Below are positions 19,473 through 30,250 of a DNA stretch of 50,286 nucleotides, in pieces. Every line of letters begins with the position of its first letter. Within the stretch, counting starts at the first letter, position 1. The position numbers and the translations under genes were made by a program. Below the pieces are notes generated by a model that was not told the DNA's origin, ran no database searches, and saw only the letters and a program-made list of their open reading frames with translations. This DNA is from Deferrisomatales bacterium (GTDB lineage Bacteria > Desulfobacterota > Deferrisomatia > Deferrisomatales > JACRMM01): positions 1-50,286 of the forward strand of contig JAWSUI010000028.1 of the NCBI GenBank assembly GCA_033551855.1, read 5' to 3'.

Positions 19473-19511
19473 GGGCACCGCGGCACACCGGGGACCGAGG
19501 AGGCGGGACGG

Positions 19512-20273
19512 ATGACGATGTACCTGGCGGGGCGACCCGACGCCCAGGGCCGGGCCCTGGTGCTCGTCCACGGGGCGGGGGGGGATCACAAGCTGTGGGG
19601 GGCGGTGTTTCGCCGCCTCCGGACGCGGGGGATCCCGGCCTTGGCCGTGGACCTGCCCGGTCACGGGCGGTCGCCCGGGCCGGGGAGGGCCTCGGTGGCC
19701 GCCTACGGCCGAGACCTGACGGGCCTCCTGGAGGAGCAGGGGGTGCGGGAGCATGCCCTCGCGGGGCACTCCCTGGGCGGCGCCATCGCCCTCTGGCTGG
19801 CGGCGGTCCGCGCCCCGGGGCTTCGAGGCCTGGGGGCCGTGTCTACGGGCGCACGCCTGCCGGTGGATCCCACCATCCTGAAGGGAATGCTCCAGGCGTT
19901 TTCCTGCACGGTCGAGAACCTCGCGCGGTTCTGTTTTGCGAAAGGCACGCCCGAGGAGACCTGGCGCGAGGCGGCGACGACCATGGCCGCCGCCGGTCCG
20001 GTCGTCCTCCACGGGGATTTTGCGGCCTGCGCAGCTTACGGCGTGTCCGACGAGGAGCTCTCCGGCCTTCGGGTTCCCGCGGAGGTCGTGTGCGGGGAAG
20101 CGGACATCCTGACGCCGATGCCGCTGTCGGAAGAGCTCGCGCAGGCGATCCCGGGCGCTCAGCTCACCCGGATCCCGCGGTGCGGGCACATGCCTCTCCT
20201 GGAGGCTCCCGACGCCCTGGCTGACGCCCTCCTCCGCCTCTGGGAGCGGTCGTTCCCCGCCCTCCCCCCGTGA
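19512..20273 (+). CDS. Alpha/beta fold hydrolase
   Basis: VHGAGG, DLPGHG, GHSLGG elbow, GEAD, GHM. Confidence 0.92.
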   Translation: MTMYLAGRPDAQGRALVLVHGAGGDHKLWGAVFRRLRTRGIPALAVDLPGHGRSPGPGRASVAAYGRDLTGLLEEQGVREHALAGHSLGGAIALWLAAVRAPGLRGLGAVSTGARLPVDPTILKGMLQAFSCTVENLARFCFAKGTPEETWREAATTMAAAGPVVLHGDFAACAAYGVSDEELSGLRVPAEVVCGEADILTPMPLSEELAQAIPGAQLTRIPRCGHMPLLEAPDALADALLRLWERSFPALPP

Positions 20274-20467
20274 TCCACTTCCCGTTCGCAACCCCGTCCG
20301 CGCCCGGGAGCTCGGCACCCGCCGGGTCCGTGGGCGAGATACCGGGGGGCCTGCCCCCTCTGCACCGCTTCATGCCCCTGCGCGAGCCGGCGGCGCCCAT
20401 CGGGAGGGCACCTTCGACGGCGTGCCCCTGACAGGCATCCTCGGGTTCTTCCCGGCCCGAGGGCCTG

Positions 20468-20836
20468 TCAGCCCTCCCCCCAGTCCTCGTCCAGGAAACC
20501 CCGCTCCTCCATGAAGCGGTAGTTGGCGTCCACCACCCTCTCGATGGTGTCCTTGTCGATCCCACGGTTGCGCTGGATGAAGGACACCGCAGCGTCCAGG
20601 TGGTACTCGCCGTCGCTCGCCTCGAGCAGGTCGGCGCTGCTCCGCTTCAGGGCGTCGAGCTCGGCGCGGCCCGCTTCGTCCACCTCACCCTCTTCCAGCA
20701 GCCCCAGGCAACCGAGGTAGTCCAGCTCGCCCTCCAGGATCGCGGCGACGGTGCGCACGTCCACCCCAGTGGCTTCAGAGATCTCGATGACGGCCTCCAG
20801 GGGGTCGTAGCGGGCGACCGTGTCCTCCCGTCTCAC
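20468..20836 (-). CDS. Small acidic hypothetical protein with an internal duplication
   Basis: Coding-like composition; GTG 20836 overlaps the stop of an upstream mini-ORF; the ORF-track start 21013 lies inside the predicted promoter. Confidence 0.7.
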   Translation of the reverse strand: MRREDTVARYDPLEAVIEISEATGVDVRTVAAILEGELDYLGCLGLLEEGEVDEAGRAELDALKRSSADLLEASDGEYHLDAAVSFIQRNRGIDKDTIERVVDANYRFMEERGFLDEDWGEG

Positions 20837-20907
20837 GAGGCCCCCTGGAGAAGGGGGGCGGCACCCCCACCCGCTGCCGGCTCCCGAAAAGGCTTCTTCA
20901 CTGGCAT
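20833..20907 (-). CDS. Putative 24-aa leader ORF MPVKKPFREPAAGGGAAPLLQGAS
   Basis: SD GGAGG 8 nt before ATG 20907; TGA overlaps the downstream GTG (GTGA). Confidence 0.35.
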   Translation of the reverse strand: MPVKKPFREPAAGGGAAPLLQGAS

Positions 20908-20992
20908 TCTCCCCACCTCCAAGGGCCCGCCGGGCCCTTGGCCCGGCGGCGTAGCAAGCCCCCCCCGTGATCCCACGGGCGAGGGGCGCGCC

Positions 20993-21020
20993 ATTGTAGC
21001 ACAGGGCCCCCACCGATCAA
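20993..21020 (-). promoter_or_regulatory. Putative sigma70 promoter
   Basis: TTGATC-N16-TACAAT with extended -10 TG. Confidence 0.65.
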
Positions 21021-21034
21021 CGGGTGCGCCCGGT

Positions 21035-21242
21035 CCAGAATCCACCGTCAGGCTTTCGGGCGGGGTAGGGGAGCCGTGGGGCGCAGCCCCGTACCGCCTC
21101 GACCGACGCGCCCGAGCCGGCAGAAACGGGTGAAGCCGGGCGTGCCCGCTTCCTCGCCAACGCCTCGTCCGGATATCGCGGATTGCGGGGCGCAGCGGAG
21201 GGGCTCCCCGACCCCCGGCACGTGCCAGGCTTTGGATCCAGG
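21035..21242 (+). repeat. ~205-bp inverted-repeat element, copy B (diverged)
   Basis: Shares ccagaatccacc, gcagccccgtaccgc, ggtgaagcc, cgcggattgcggggcg, ggggctc and ggatccagg, in the same order, with the copies at 743 and 46143. Confidence 0.85.
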
Positions 21243-21453
21243 CCGGTCCGGATGCCTCCCTGCTCGGCAGACAGGGTCCGGGACTTCGGCAGCGAGGTTG
21301 CTCGGCGAATCTCCGACTCTCGAAGCCCCGAGGCCGTCGCCGCGTTTTCCAGCGGCGACGGCTTCGGGTATCATGGCCTCGTCGGGGCGGGGCCGCCGGG
21401 AGCGGGTCAGGTGAGTCCCATCGCCCCCGCGGGGCGACAGGAGGGTTCGACCC

Positions 21454-22029
21454 ATGGCGTTGTATCTCGACAACATCCGACGGCGCCTCCTGACCAGGGC
21501 CCGCCGCGTGCTGGAGCTCGACGGTTTCCTGCCCGCCGCCGTGGCGGTGCCCTTGGTCCCCACCACCGAGGGCCTCGCCGTGCTCTTCACGGTGCGCACG
21601 GCCCACGTGGAGCAGCACAAAGGGGAGATCTCCTTCCCCGGGGGTCGGATCGACCCCGAGGACGACGGGGATCTGTCGGCAGCGCTCCGGGAGCTCTGGG
21701 AGGAAGTGGGGGTACGCCGGGGGGACGTGGAGATCCTCGGGCCCCTGGACGATTTCGTCTCCGTCACCGGCTACCGGGTGACGCCCCACGTGATCTACCT
21801 GCCTCGGGAGGACTACCCCTTCGTGCCCCAGCCCCGGGAGGTCGCCGAGATTCTCCTCGTGCCCCTGGGCCACCTCTTGGATCGGGCACACTATCACGCG
21901 GTGAAGCCCCCCGGAGGACCGTACCACATCCACCACTTCAGTTGGGGACCCTACGTGGTGTGGGGGCTCACCGCGGCCATCCTCAAGCGCCTTCTCGACC
22001 TCGCCTTCGGCTTCAGCGAGGCGGAATGA
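21454..22029 (+). CDS. CoA pyrophosphatase (NudL-type Nudix hydrolase)
   Basis: HKGEISFPGG, ALRELWEEVG Nudix box, VWGLTA. Confidence 0.92.
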   Translation: MALYLDNIRRRLLTRARRVLELDGFLPAAVAVPLVPTTEGLAVLFTVRTAHVEQHKGEISFPGGRIDPEDDGDLSAALRELWEEVGVRRGDVEILGPLDDFVSVTGYRVTPHVIYLPREDYPFVPQPREVAEILLVPLGHLLDRAHYHAVKPPGGPYHIHHFSWGPYVVWGLTAAILKRLLDLAFGFSEAE

Positions 22030-23144
22030 GCGACCTGGCGTCCCGCGTGCTGGCCTCCATGCGTTGCGGCGTGGTGACCGTCGACCACGCGGGCCGGGTC
22101 ACCTCCGTGAATTCCCTCGCCGGCGAGTGGCTCCGGGTGGACCCCGCCGCCACCCGGGGGAGGGACTGCCGAGAGGTCTTCTCCCACTGCCCGGCCATCG
22201 CACATCTCCTTCTCGACGCCCTCGGGCGCGCTTCCCTGCCGGACCGGGCGGAGCTCGAGATCGCCTTCGAGCTCGAGCGTCGGACCCTCATCGGCTTCAG
22301 CCTGTCACGGATCCCCGGCGACGGGGGGGAGACCGTGGGGAGTGCGATCTTCTTCAAGGACCTCACCGTGGTGGAGGAGGAGCGCGAACGCCAAGCGCTG
22401 CGCAACCGCCTGGCCAGCCTCGGAGAGACAGCAGCCCAACTGGCCCACGAGATCCGCAACCGCCTCGGCGGCATCCGCCTCTTCCTGGGGCTTGCCAAAC
22501 GCAGGCTCGCCGGCGACCCGGAAGGCGAAGCCTACGTCGAGCGCGCCGAGAGTGAGATCCTCGAGGCCAACGCGAAGATGGGGCAGATCCTCGATTTCGT
22601 CCGCCCGCTCAAGCTGGACCTCTCCCGCGCCGATCCGGAGGCATTGTGCCGAGAGGCCCTCGAGGCGACCCTGGCGCGCTTCCCTGGGGGCCCGCCGAAG
22701 GTGGAGTGGATCGCCCACGAGGACCTGCCGCAGGTGATCGTCGACCCCGGGAGGGTGCGCGATGCCCTCGCGAACCTCTTCGCCAACGGCGTGGAGGCGA
22801 TCGCAGATGCCGGAACCCTCAGGGTGCGTCTCTCGCGGGAGGACGCCCCCGTCCTGGTCGCCTCCCCCTTGGGAAAGGAGGTCCCGGGGCTCCGGGGCTA
22901 CGGCGAGGGCAGGGGCTGCCGGGTGCGGATCGAGATCGGGGACGACGGGCCGGGCATGCCCCCGGAGGTCCTCCGGCGCATCTTCCACCCGTTCTTCACC
23001 ACGAAGGTGCACGGATCGGGTCTCGGCGTGTCGGCCGCCCAGAAGATCCTCGACGCCCACGGGGGCTCCCTGGACGCCCGCTCGGAACCGGGACGCGGCA
23101 CCACCTTCATCGTTCTCCTGCCCTCCGCCGGGCCCGAGGAGTGA
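22026..23144 (+). CDS. Cytoplasmic PAS-domain sensor histidine kinase
   Basis: N-terminal PAS, H-box AHEIRN, N-box NLFANG, DDGPGM, FFTTK..GSGLG. Confidence 0.92.
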   Translation: MSDLASRVLASMRCGVVTVDHAGRVTSVNSLAGEWLRVDPAATRGRDCREVFSHCPAIAHLLLDALGRASLPDRAELEIAFELERRTLIGFSLSRIPGDGGETVGSAIFFKDLTVVEEERERQALRNRLASLGETAAQLAHEIRNRLGGIRLFLGLAKRRLAGDPEGEAYVERAESEILEANAKMGQILDFVRPLKLDLSRADPEALCREALEATLARFPGGPPKVEWIAHEDLPQVIVDPGRVRDALANLFANGVEAIADAGTLRVRLSREDAPVLVASPLGKEVPGLRGYGEGRGCRVRIEIGDDGPGMPPEVLRRIFHPFFTTKVHGSGLGVSAAQKILDAHGGSLDARSEPGRGTTFIVLLPSAGPEE

Positions 23145-23145
23145 C

Positions 23146-24600
23146 ATGCCCGCCATCCTCGTTGTGGAAGACCACGCCGCACTCCGGGACGCCCTGGCCA
23201 TCTCCCTGGGCGCCAAGGGACACCGGGTAGTCACCGCGGCCCGCGGCGACACGGGGATCAAGGCCCTCGAGAGCCAGTCCTTCGACCTGGTGGTCACCGA
23301 CCTCAAACTCCCGGAGGCGAGCGGCCTGGAGGTGCTGGAGGTCGCCAAGGCCACCCAACCCCGAGCTCCCGTGCTCATCATGACCGCCCACGGCACCATG
23401 GACGCGGTGATGCACGCCTTGCGCCTGGGGGCTCAGGACTTCATCGAAAAGCCCTTCGACATCGAGGAGATGGAAGCGCGGATCGAGAGGGCCCTGGAGC
23501 AGGGCGATCTGGCGGCCGCGGTCCGGGACCTGCGCGAGACCCTCCTGGCGCCCTATCAGCCGGAGAACATCGTGGGGGAGAGCCCGGGCATGCACAGGGC
23601 CCTCGACGTGGTCCGGAAGGTCGCGCCGGCCCGCACGAGCGTGTTCATCACGGGAGAGACCGGCACGGGCAAGGAGCTCGTGGCCGGGGCACTGCACGCC
23701 CTCTCCCCCCGGGCGGCGGGAGAGTTCGTGCCGGTCAACTGCGCGGCGATCCCCGACAGCCTGCTGGAGAGCGAGCTCTTCGGCCACGAGCGGGGAGCGT
23801 TCACGGGAGCCGCGCGCCGCCGGGTCGGCCGCTTCGAGCGGGCCCACCGAGGAACGCTGTTCCTGGATGAGATCGGCGACATGACCCTGGCGACGCAGGC
23901 CAAGATCCTCCGGGTCCTCGAGGACGGCTGCATCGAGCGGCTCGGGGGCGAGGAGGTTTTTCCCGTCGACGTGCGGGTGGTGGCGGCGACCCACCGGAAC
24001 CTTGCCGCCGAGGTCCGCGCCGGCCGGTTCCGGGAAGACCTGTACTACCGTTTGAACGTGGTCCCGATCCACCTGCCTCCCCTGCGGGACCGGGGGGACG
24101 ACGTGGTGCACCTGGCGCGCCATTTCGCTTCCCAGCTCTGCGCCGAGCTCAAGAGGCCGGCGGTGCAGTTCACCGCCGGGGCCTTGGAAGCCCTTCGCCG
24201 TCACCACTGGCCGGGCAACATCCGAGAGCTCCGCAACGCGGTCGAGAGGGCCGTTCTGTTGAGCGAGACCCCAAGCCTCACCGCCGCCGACCTGGCGCTC
24301 GAGGCCCCGGCGGCGACCTGCCTCCACACGGAGGCGAGCGACCTCGAAGGGGAGGCCTTCGGGTTCCGCTTCCCCGAGGGGGGCGTCACCCTGAAGGACG
24401 CCGAGCGCGACCTCCTCCTGGCGGCCCTGCGCCGGAGCGGGTGGGTGCAGAAGGACGCCGCGCGCCTGCTGGGCATCACGAAGCGGGCCATCCACTACAA
24501 GATCGAGCAGCACGCCCTCACCCACCCCTCCTGGACCAAGAACCGCCCGGGCGGCAGGGGGGACCTCCTTGGCACGCCCCCGGCTCCTCCGGTACAGTGA
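23146..24600 (+). CDS. Sigma54-dependent response regulator (NtrC/AtoC family)
   Basis: Receiver (VED, TDLKLP, TAHG, EKPF), GETGTGKE, GAFTGA, LDEIG, WPGNIREL, Fis-type HTH. Confidence 0.95.
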   Translation: MPAILVVEDHAALRDALAISLGAKGHRVVTAARGDTGIKALESQSFDLVVTDLKLPEASGLEVLEVAKATQPRAPVLIMTAHGTMDAVMHALRLGAQDFIEKPFDIEEMEARIERALEQGDLAAAVRDLRETLLAPYQPENIVGESPGMHRALDVVRKVAPARTSVFITGETGTGKELVAGALHALSPRAAGEFVPVNCAAIPDSLLESELFGHERGAFTGAARRRVGRFERAHRGTLFLDEIGDMTLATQAKILRVLEDGCIERLGGEEVFPVDVRVVAATHRNLAAEVRAGRFREDLYYRLNVVPIHLPPLRDRGDDVVHLARHFASQLCAELKRPAVQFTAGALEALRRHHWPGNIRELRNAVERAVLLSETPSLTAADLALEAPAATCLHTEASDLEGEAFGFRFPEGGVTLKDAERDLLLAALRRSGWVQKDAARLLGITKRAIHYKIEQHALTHPSWTKNRPGGRGDLLGTPPAPPVQ

Positions 24601-24798
24601 CGCCCCGCCGCGACCCCCGTTCACCGGATGCGGAGGGACGATGTTCCTCGAGGACTGCCGGAGACCGAGCCAGCGGGACCCCGGGCTCGTCGGAAGCCGC
24701 CGGATCACCGATCCCGCCTGCGTCAGGGGAGTGACCCTGCTCGTGCTCGGGCTTGCGGGCGTCCTCCACCGCGCCACCACCTGATTCGGGCCCACGCC

Positions 24799-25296
24799 GT
24801 GTACGACCCCGCCGAGTTCTTCCTTGCCGGACCGGACGACTTCCTGCGTCTCGACGGCCGCTGCGCCGACCTGCTCCGGGACTTCTTCGAATGGCTGCAG
24901 GGGGAGGAGGGAGGAGGCCTGCGTGCGGAGGAAGCCAGCGCCCTGGCCCACGCCGCGGACCGCTACCTGCGGGACTTCGTGGTGGACATCCTGGAGACCG
25001 GCCCCGCCGACGCCGACCCCACCCTGCCACGCCGGTACCTCGGCAACTGGTACATCATCCACACCCTCGCCCCGACCCACGAGGAGATGGAGCGGATCCG
25101 GGGGGCCCTCACCCGGGTCTACCGCTTCCTGGCGGAGCGCGGCCTCCTCGCACAGGCGGCCGCCGCGGCCGCCGCCCGCAACCTCGCCGACCCCGAGTAC
25201 TTTCGCGCCCGCCTGGAGGAGTTCTGGGACCTCACCCCGGACGCCATCCCGGTCTGGCGGGCGGTGGACGACTACCGGCGCCGGTGCGCCGGCTGA
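24799..25296 (+). CDS. Hypothetical all-helical protein
   Basis: Coding-like composition from VYDPAEFF; ADRYLRDFVVD and YLGNWYIIHTL blocks; start uncertain. Confidence 0.7.
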   Translation: MYDPAEFFLAGPDDFLRLDGRCADLLRDFFEWLQGEEGGGLRAEEASALAHAADRYLRDFVVDILETGPADADPTLPRRYLGNWYIIHTLAPTHEEMERIRGALTRVYRFLAERGLLAQAAAAAAARNLADPEYFRARLEEFWDLTPDAIPVWRAVDDYRRRCAG

Positions 25297-25575
25297 GGGA
25301 GCCCGCGCGGACGAAGGGCGGAAGGCCTCCCGGGCTCAGTTAACCCTGCATCATGACGGGGATTCCGGTTGCCAGGCATCTCCACGGCGCCCGTGTGTTT
25401 CGCTCAAACATTTCACTCAAACGTTTCATTTTGATTCGAGCGAGAAACGTCTTCGCGAGATCATCCGATTTCACTCTGGGAAAAATGGGAGCACGGCCGG
25501 GAGACGGCGAAGGAGGAGAAACAGGGAAGGAAGGAAGAAGCCCCGCACAGCTGGCGGGTCGGGGCGCCGCCTGCG

Positions 25576-27246
25576 TCAGGGGCTCCGTCCCCGGCGGGGG
25601 CTTCGGATGCCGAGGTCGCGCATGCGCCGCCACAGAGTGGTCCGGCTCAGCCCCAGTTTCCGGGCGGCTTCGCCCTTGTTCCAACCCGAGACCTCGAGGG
25701 CACCGATCACCTCCCGGCGCTCCGCGGCCGCCTCCCCCCCGCCGTCCCCGAAGGGGGCCTCGTCCCGCAGGATGTGGTCCGGGAGGGACTCCGGGGTGAT
25801 GAGGTCCCCCGCGGTGCACACGTAAGCGTGGGCGAGCGCGTTCTCGAGCTCCCGGACGTTGCCGGGCCAGGCGTAGGACTGCAGCACCCGGTAGACCGCC
25901 GGCGAGACGATCTTCCGGCGCCCTTCGCGAAGGGCCAGGCGCTTGAGGAAGTGATCCACCAGGAGGGGCACGTCCTCGGGCCGCTGACGAAGGGGGGGCA
26001 TGTGGATCGGCACGACGCACAGGTGGAAGAACAGGTCCTCCCGGAACCGCCCCTCGGCGACCTCGCGGCGCAGGTCGCGATTCGTGGCCGCCACGATGCG
26101 CACGTCCGCCTTGCGGGGGCGCGACTCCCCCACCCGCTCGAACTCCCCTTCCTGGAGCAGCCGCAGGAGTCTCACCTGGAGCGCCGGGGAGGTTTCCCCG
26201 ATCTCGTCCAGGAAGAGCGTACCTGCGTGGGCCGCCTCGAAGCGGCCCGGGCGGTCGCGCACCGCCCCGGTGAAGGCCCCCCGGGCATGCCCGAAGAGCT
26301 CGCTCTCCAGGAGGCTGTCGGCCAGGGCGGCGCAGTTCACCTTGACGAAGGGCCCGTCCCTCCGCGGGCTCAGCTCGTGGACCGCCCGGGCCGCCAGTTC
26401 CTTGCCGGTGCCCGACTCCCCGAGGATGAGAAGGGAGACCTCGCTGGGAGCCACCGTCTCGAGCTTCTCGATCACCCGGCGCAGGCTGGGGTGGTTGCCC
26501 ACGATGCCATGGGCCCCGGCGGGGCCCCGGAGCTCCGCCCGGAGCCGCTCGAGCTCGGTGAGGTCGCGCAGCACGACGACGGCGCCCGAGACGGTGCCGT
26601 CCGGGTCCCGGAGCAGGCTCGCGTTGGCGGCGACGTGGATCGGCCTGCCCCCCTTGCCGTGAACGGTCATCTCCCGCTGCTGGAAACCCTGGCCGCGCGT
26701 TACCGCGACCCGGAACGGGCACTCGACCCCCGGTGCCGCCTGGAACACCTCGGCGCACACCCGCCCCACCACCTCGGCCTCCGAGAACCCCGTCATGCGC
26801 TCGGCCGAGAGGCTGAAGGCCATGATCCGCTCCTGGTTGTCCAGGGCGAGCACCCCCTCGTTGAGGCTGCGGAAGATGGCCTCGAGCAGCGCCGTGCGCT
26901 CGCGCAGCTCCACGAGACCGACGTGGCCCGCGGCGGGGGAACACACCAGCACCGCGTCCCCCCCCGCGGCGGGCACGAGGGAGCAGCGGTACAGCGCCAC
27001 TCCCCCGCTCGACGCGAGCGGCCGCACGGCCGTCTTCTGGCGGCGCAGCTCCTCCCACAGGGGAGAGGGCCCCGGCGGTGAGCGCCTCTCCCACTCCTCC
27101 AGGCTCGCCGGGGCGGGATCGGGGGCGAACAGGGCGCGAAAGGCGGGATTGGCCCAGGAGATCCCCCCGGCCCCGATGAGCAGGGCCGCAGGCTCGGAAA
27201 AAGCGCTCAGGAGCTCGGTCAGCGGGGGCAAACCGCGGACGGTCAC
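25576..27246 (-). CDS. PAS-domain sigma54 enhancer-binding protein
   Basis: Two PAS-like segments, GESGTGKE, GAFTGA, LDEIG, WPGNVREL, HTH LGLSRTTLWR. Confidence 0.93.
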   Translation of the reverse strand: MTVRGLPPLTELLSAFSEPAALLIGAGGISWANPAFRALFAPDPAPASLEEWERRSPPGPSPLWEELRRQKTAVRPLASSGGVALYRCSLVPAAGGDAVLVCSPAAGHVGLVELRERTALLEAIFRSLNEGVLALDNQERIMAFSLSAERMTGFSEAEVVGRVCAEVFQAAPGVECPFRVAVTRGQGFQQREMTVHGKGGRPIHVAANASLLRDPDGTVSGAVVVLRDLTELERLRAELRGPAGAHGIVGNHPSLRRVIEKLETVAPSEVSLLILGESGTGKELAARAVHELSPRRDGPFVKVNCAALADSLLESELFGHARGAFTGAVRDRPGRFEAAHAGTLFLDEIGETSPALQVRLLRLLQEGEFERVGESRPRKADVRIVAATNRDLRREVAEGRFREDLFFHLCVVPIHMPPLRQRPEDVPLLVDHFLKRLALREGRRKIVSPAVYRVLQSYAWPGNVRELENALAHAYVCTAGDLITPESLPDHILRDEAPFGDGGGEAAAERREVIGALEVSGWNKGEAARKLGLSRTTLWRRMRDLGIRSPRRGRSP

Positions 27247-27247
27247 C

Positions 27248-27682
27248 TCACGGCCTCCGGCGCTCCAGCTCCTCGGGGGGGCGGCTCCCCCGGGCCACGG
27301 GGTCGAGGATGCCGTTGACGAAGGAGGGCGAGTCCGGGGTCCCGAGCTCCTTGGCGAGCTCGACGCCCTCGTCGAGAATGACCGGGGCGGGGACGTCGGG
27401 ACAACGGAGGAGCTCGTAGGAAGCCAGCCGCAGGATACTTCGGTCCACGCGGTCCATCCGGGAGAGCTTCCAGTGCCGGCTGAAGCGCTCGATGGCCGCG
27501 TCGAGCTCCGCCCGGTGGGCCCACACCCCCTCCACGAGCGCCAGAAGGAACTCCCGTTCCCGGCCCTCGCCGGCCTCCTCCCAGACCTGGTCGGCGGCCT
27601 CGGCGGGGGTCAGGTCGCCGTTCATCTCGAGGGCGTACAAGGCCTGGGCGGCCATGCGCCGGGCGGCGTGGCGGGCCCCCAC
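27248..27682 (-). CDS. nusB: Transcription antitermination factor NusB
   Basis: RHAARRMAAQALY, RMDRVDRSILR, FVNGILD; follows ribH. Confidence 0.95.
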   Translation of the reverse strand: MGARHAARRMAAQALYALEMNGDLTPAEAADQVWEEAGEGREREFLLALVEGVWAHRAELDAAIERFSRHWKLSRMDRVDRSILRLASYELLRCPDVPAPVILDEGVELAKELGTPDSPSFVNGILDPVARGSRPPEELERRRP

Positions 27683-27688
27683 GGGGGG

Positions 27689-28156
27689 CTACTCCTCGGC
27701 CCGGAGGAGGTTCGCGGTCTCCACCGCGGCCATGGCCGCCTCCCAGCCCTTGTTCCCCGCCTTGGAGCCGGCCCGCTCGATGGCCTGCTCCAGGGTGTCG
27801 GTGGTGAGAACGCCGAAGACCACCGGGACCCCGGTCTCCAGGGCGACGTGGGCGATACCCTTCGAGACCTCGGCCGCCACGTACTCGAAGTGGGGGGTCG
27901 CCCCGCGGATCACCGCCCCCAGGCACACGACCGCGTCGAAACGGCCCGAGGACGCCAGCTTCTTCGCCACCAGCGGGATCTCGAAGGCGCCGGGAACCTT
28001 GTAGATCCGGATCCCGTCCGGGTCCCCCCCGGTGCGCACCACGGCATCCACGGCCCCTTCCACGAGCCGGTCGGTCACGAAGCTGTTGAACCGGCCGGCC
28101 ACGAAAGCGAACCGCAGGCCCTGGCTGCTGAGCTTCCCCTCGATGAACGCGGGCAT
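27689..28156 (-). CDS. ribH: Lumazine synthase
   Basis: [33 protein letters not shown]. Confidence 0.97.
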   Translation of the reverse strand: MPAFIEGKLSSQGLRFAFVAGRFNSFVTDRLVEGAVDAVVRTGGDPDGIRIYKVPGAFEIPLVAKKLASSGRFDAVVCLGAVIRGATPHFEYVAAEVSKGIAHVALETGVPVVFGVLTTDTLEQAIERAGSKAGNKGWEAAMAAVETANLLRAEE

Positions 28157-28173
28157 GGGAGACTCCTTGTCCT

Positions 28174-28230
28174 GTGGCGAGTGCGGTGTGACGGGTGACG
28201 AGTCACCCATTACCGGTGAAGGGTGGCAGG

Positions 28231-28250
<20 letters not shown>
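28174..28250. repeat. Degenerate heptanucleotide tandem array (11 units)
   Basis: gtggcga gtgcggt gtgacgg gtgacga gtcaccc attaccg gtgaagg gtggcag gttacgg ctcacgg gtcacgg. Confidence 0.75.
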
Positions 28251-29448
<1,198 letters not shown>

Positions 29449-29497
29449 GGGTGCTCTTTCCGTTCTCGAGGGGGCTCGCGGCCTCGCAGTCCCGATC

Positions 29498-30142
29498 CTA
29501 CCGTAGGAAACCAGAACGGGCCAAGGACTCCCAGGTCACGGCCCCCTGGGGCCGCCGCCCCCCCAGGAGCCGCTCGACGTACTTCCCCAGCACGTCCGCC
29601 TCCAGGTTCACCCCGTCCCCGACCCGCAGCCCCGGCAGGGTCGTTTTCTCCAGGGTGTGGGGGATCACTGCAACGGAGAACCCCTGGGGCTCCAGAGCCG
29701 CCACCGTGAGGGACACCCCGTCGACCGCGATCGACCCCTTCTCCACCCCGTAGCGCAATACCGCAGCCGGGGCCTCGAAGCGCAGCACCCGGAAATCCCC
29801 CTGGACCGAGCTCCCGACGCAGCGCCCCACCGCGTCCACGTGCCCCAGCACGAAGTGACCGCCCAGGCGGTCCACGGGCCGCAGGGCCCGCTCGAGGTTC
29901 ACCGGGCCTCCGGGGCGGAGCCCTCCCAGGGTCGAGCGGTCCAGGGTCTCCGGCGAGACGTCGGCTTCGAAGGACCCTCGCCCCCAAGCGGCCACGGTCA
30001 GGCACACCCCCGCCACCGCCACGGACTCCCCCAGCTCGAAGGTGGCGGTGTCGAGGTCGGTGGCCAACACCAGGCGCGCCCCCGCCCCCTGGCGCCGGAC
30101 CCGCTCCACCCTGCCCACGTCCTGCACGAGGCCGGTAAACAC
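29498..30142 (-). CDS. ribE: Riboflavin synthase alpha chain
   Basis: [40 protein letters not shown]. Confidence 0.96.
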   Translation of the reverse strand: MFTGLVQDVGRVERVRRQGAGARLVLATDLDTATFELGESVAVAGVCLTVAAWGRGSFEADVSPETLDRSTLGGLRPGGPVNLERALRPVDRLGGHFVLGHVDAVGRCVGSSVQGDFRVLRFEAPAAVLRYGVEKGSIAVDGVSLTVAALEPQGFSVAVIPHTLEKTTLPGLRVGDGVNLEADVLGKYVERLLGGRRPQGAVTWESLARSGFLR

Positions 30143-30250
30143 CCCTTACCTCCGGTCCCGGCCCCGGCACCCCCCCCGGCGAGCGGGGGGTCCGAAGGGC
30201 CGAACGGACATCGCGAGCGCCTCTCCCCTATCGCCCATCCGCTGGGCTCC

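Noticed and set aside
24641..24784. 47-aa ORF with an SD-like GGAGGG
   Set aside because: Short SD spacing and no motif; cannot be distinguished from chance.
25340..25380. Sigma54 -24/-12 promoter
   Set aside because: Only a GG-N10-GC with poor context on the plus strand; the TGGCA on the minus strand lacks the -12 GC.
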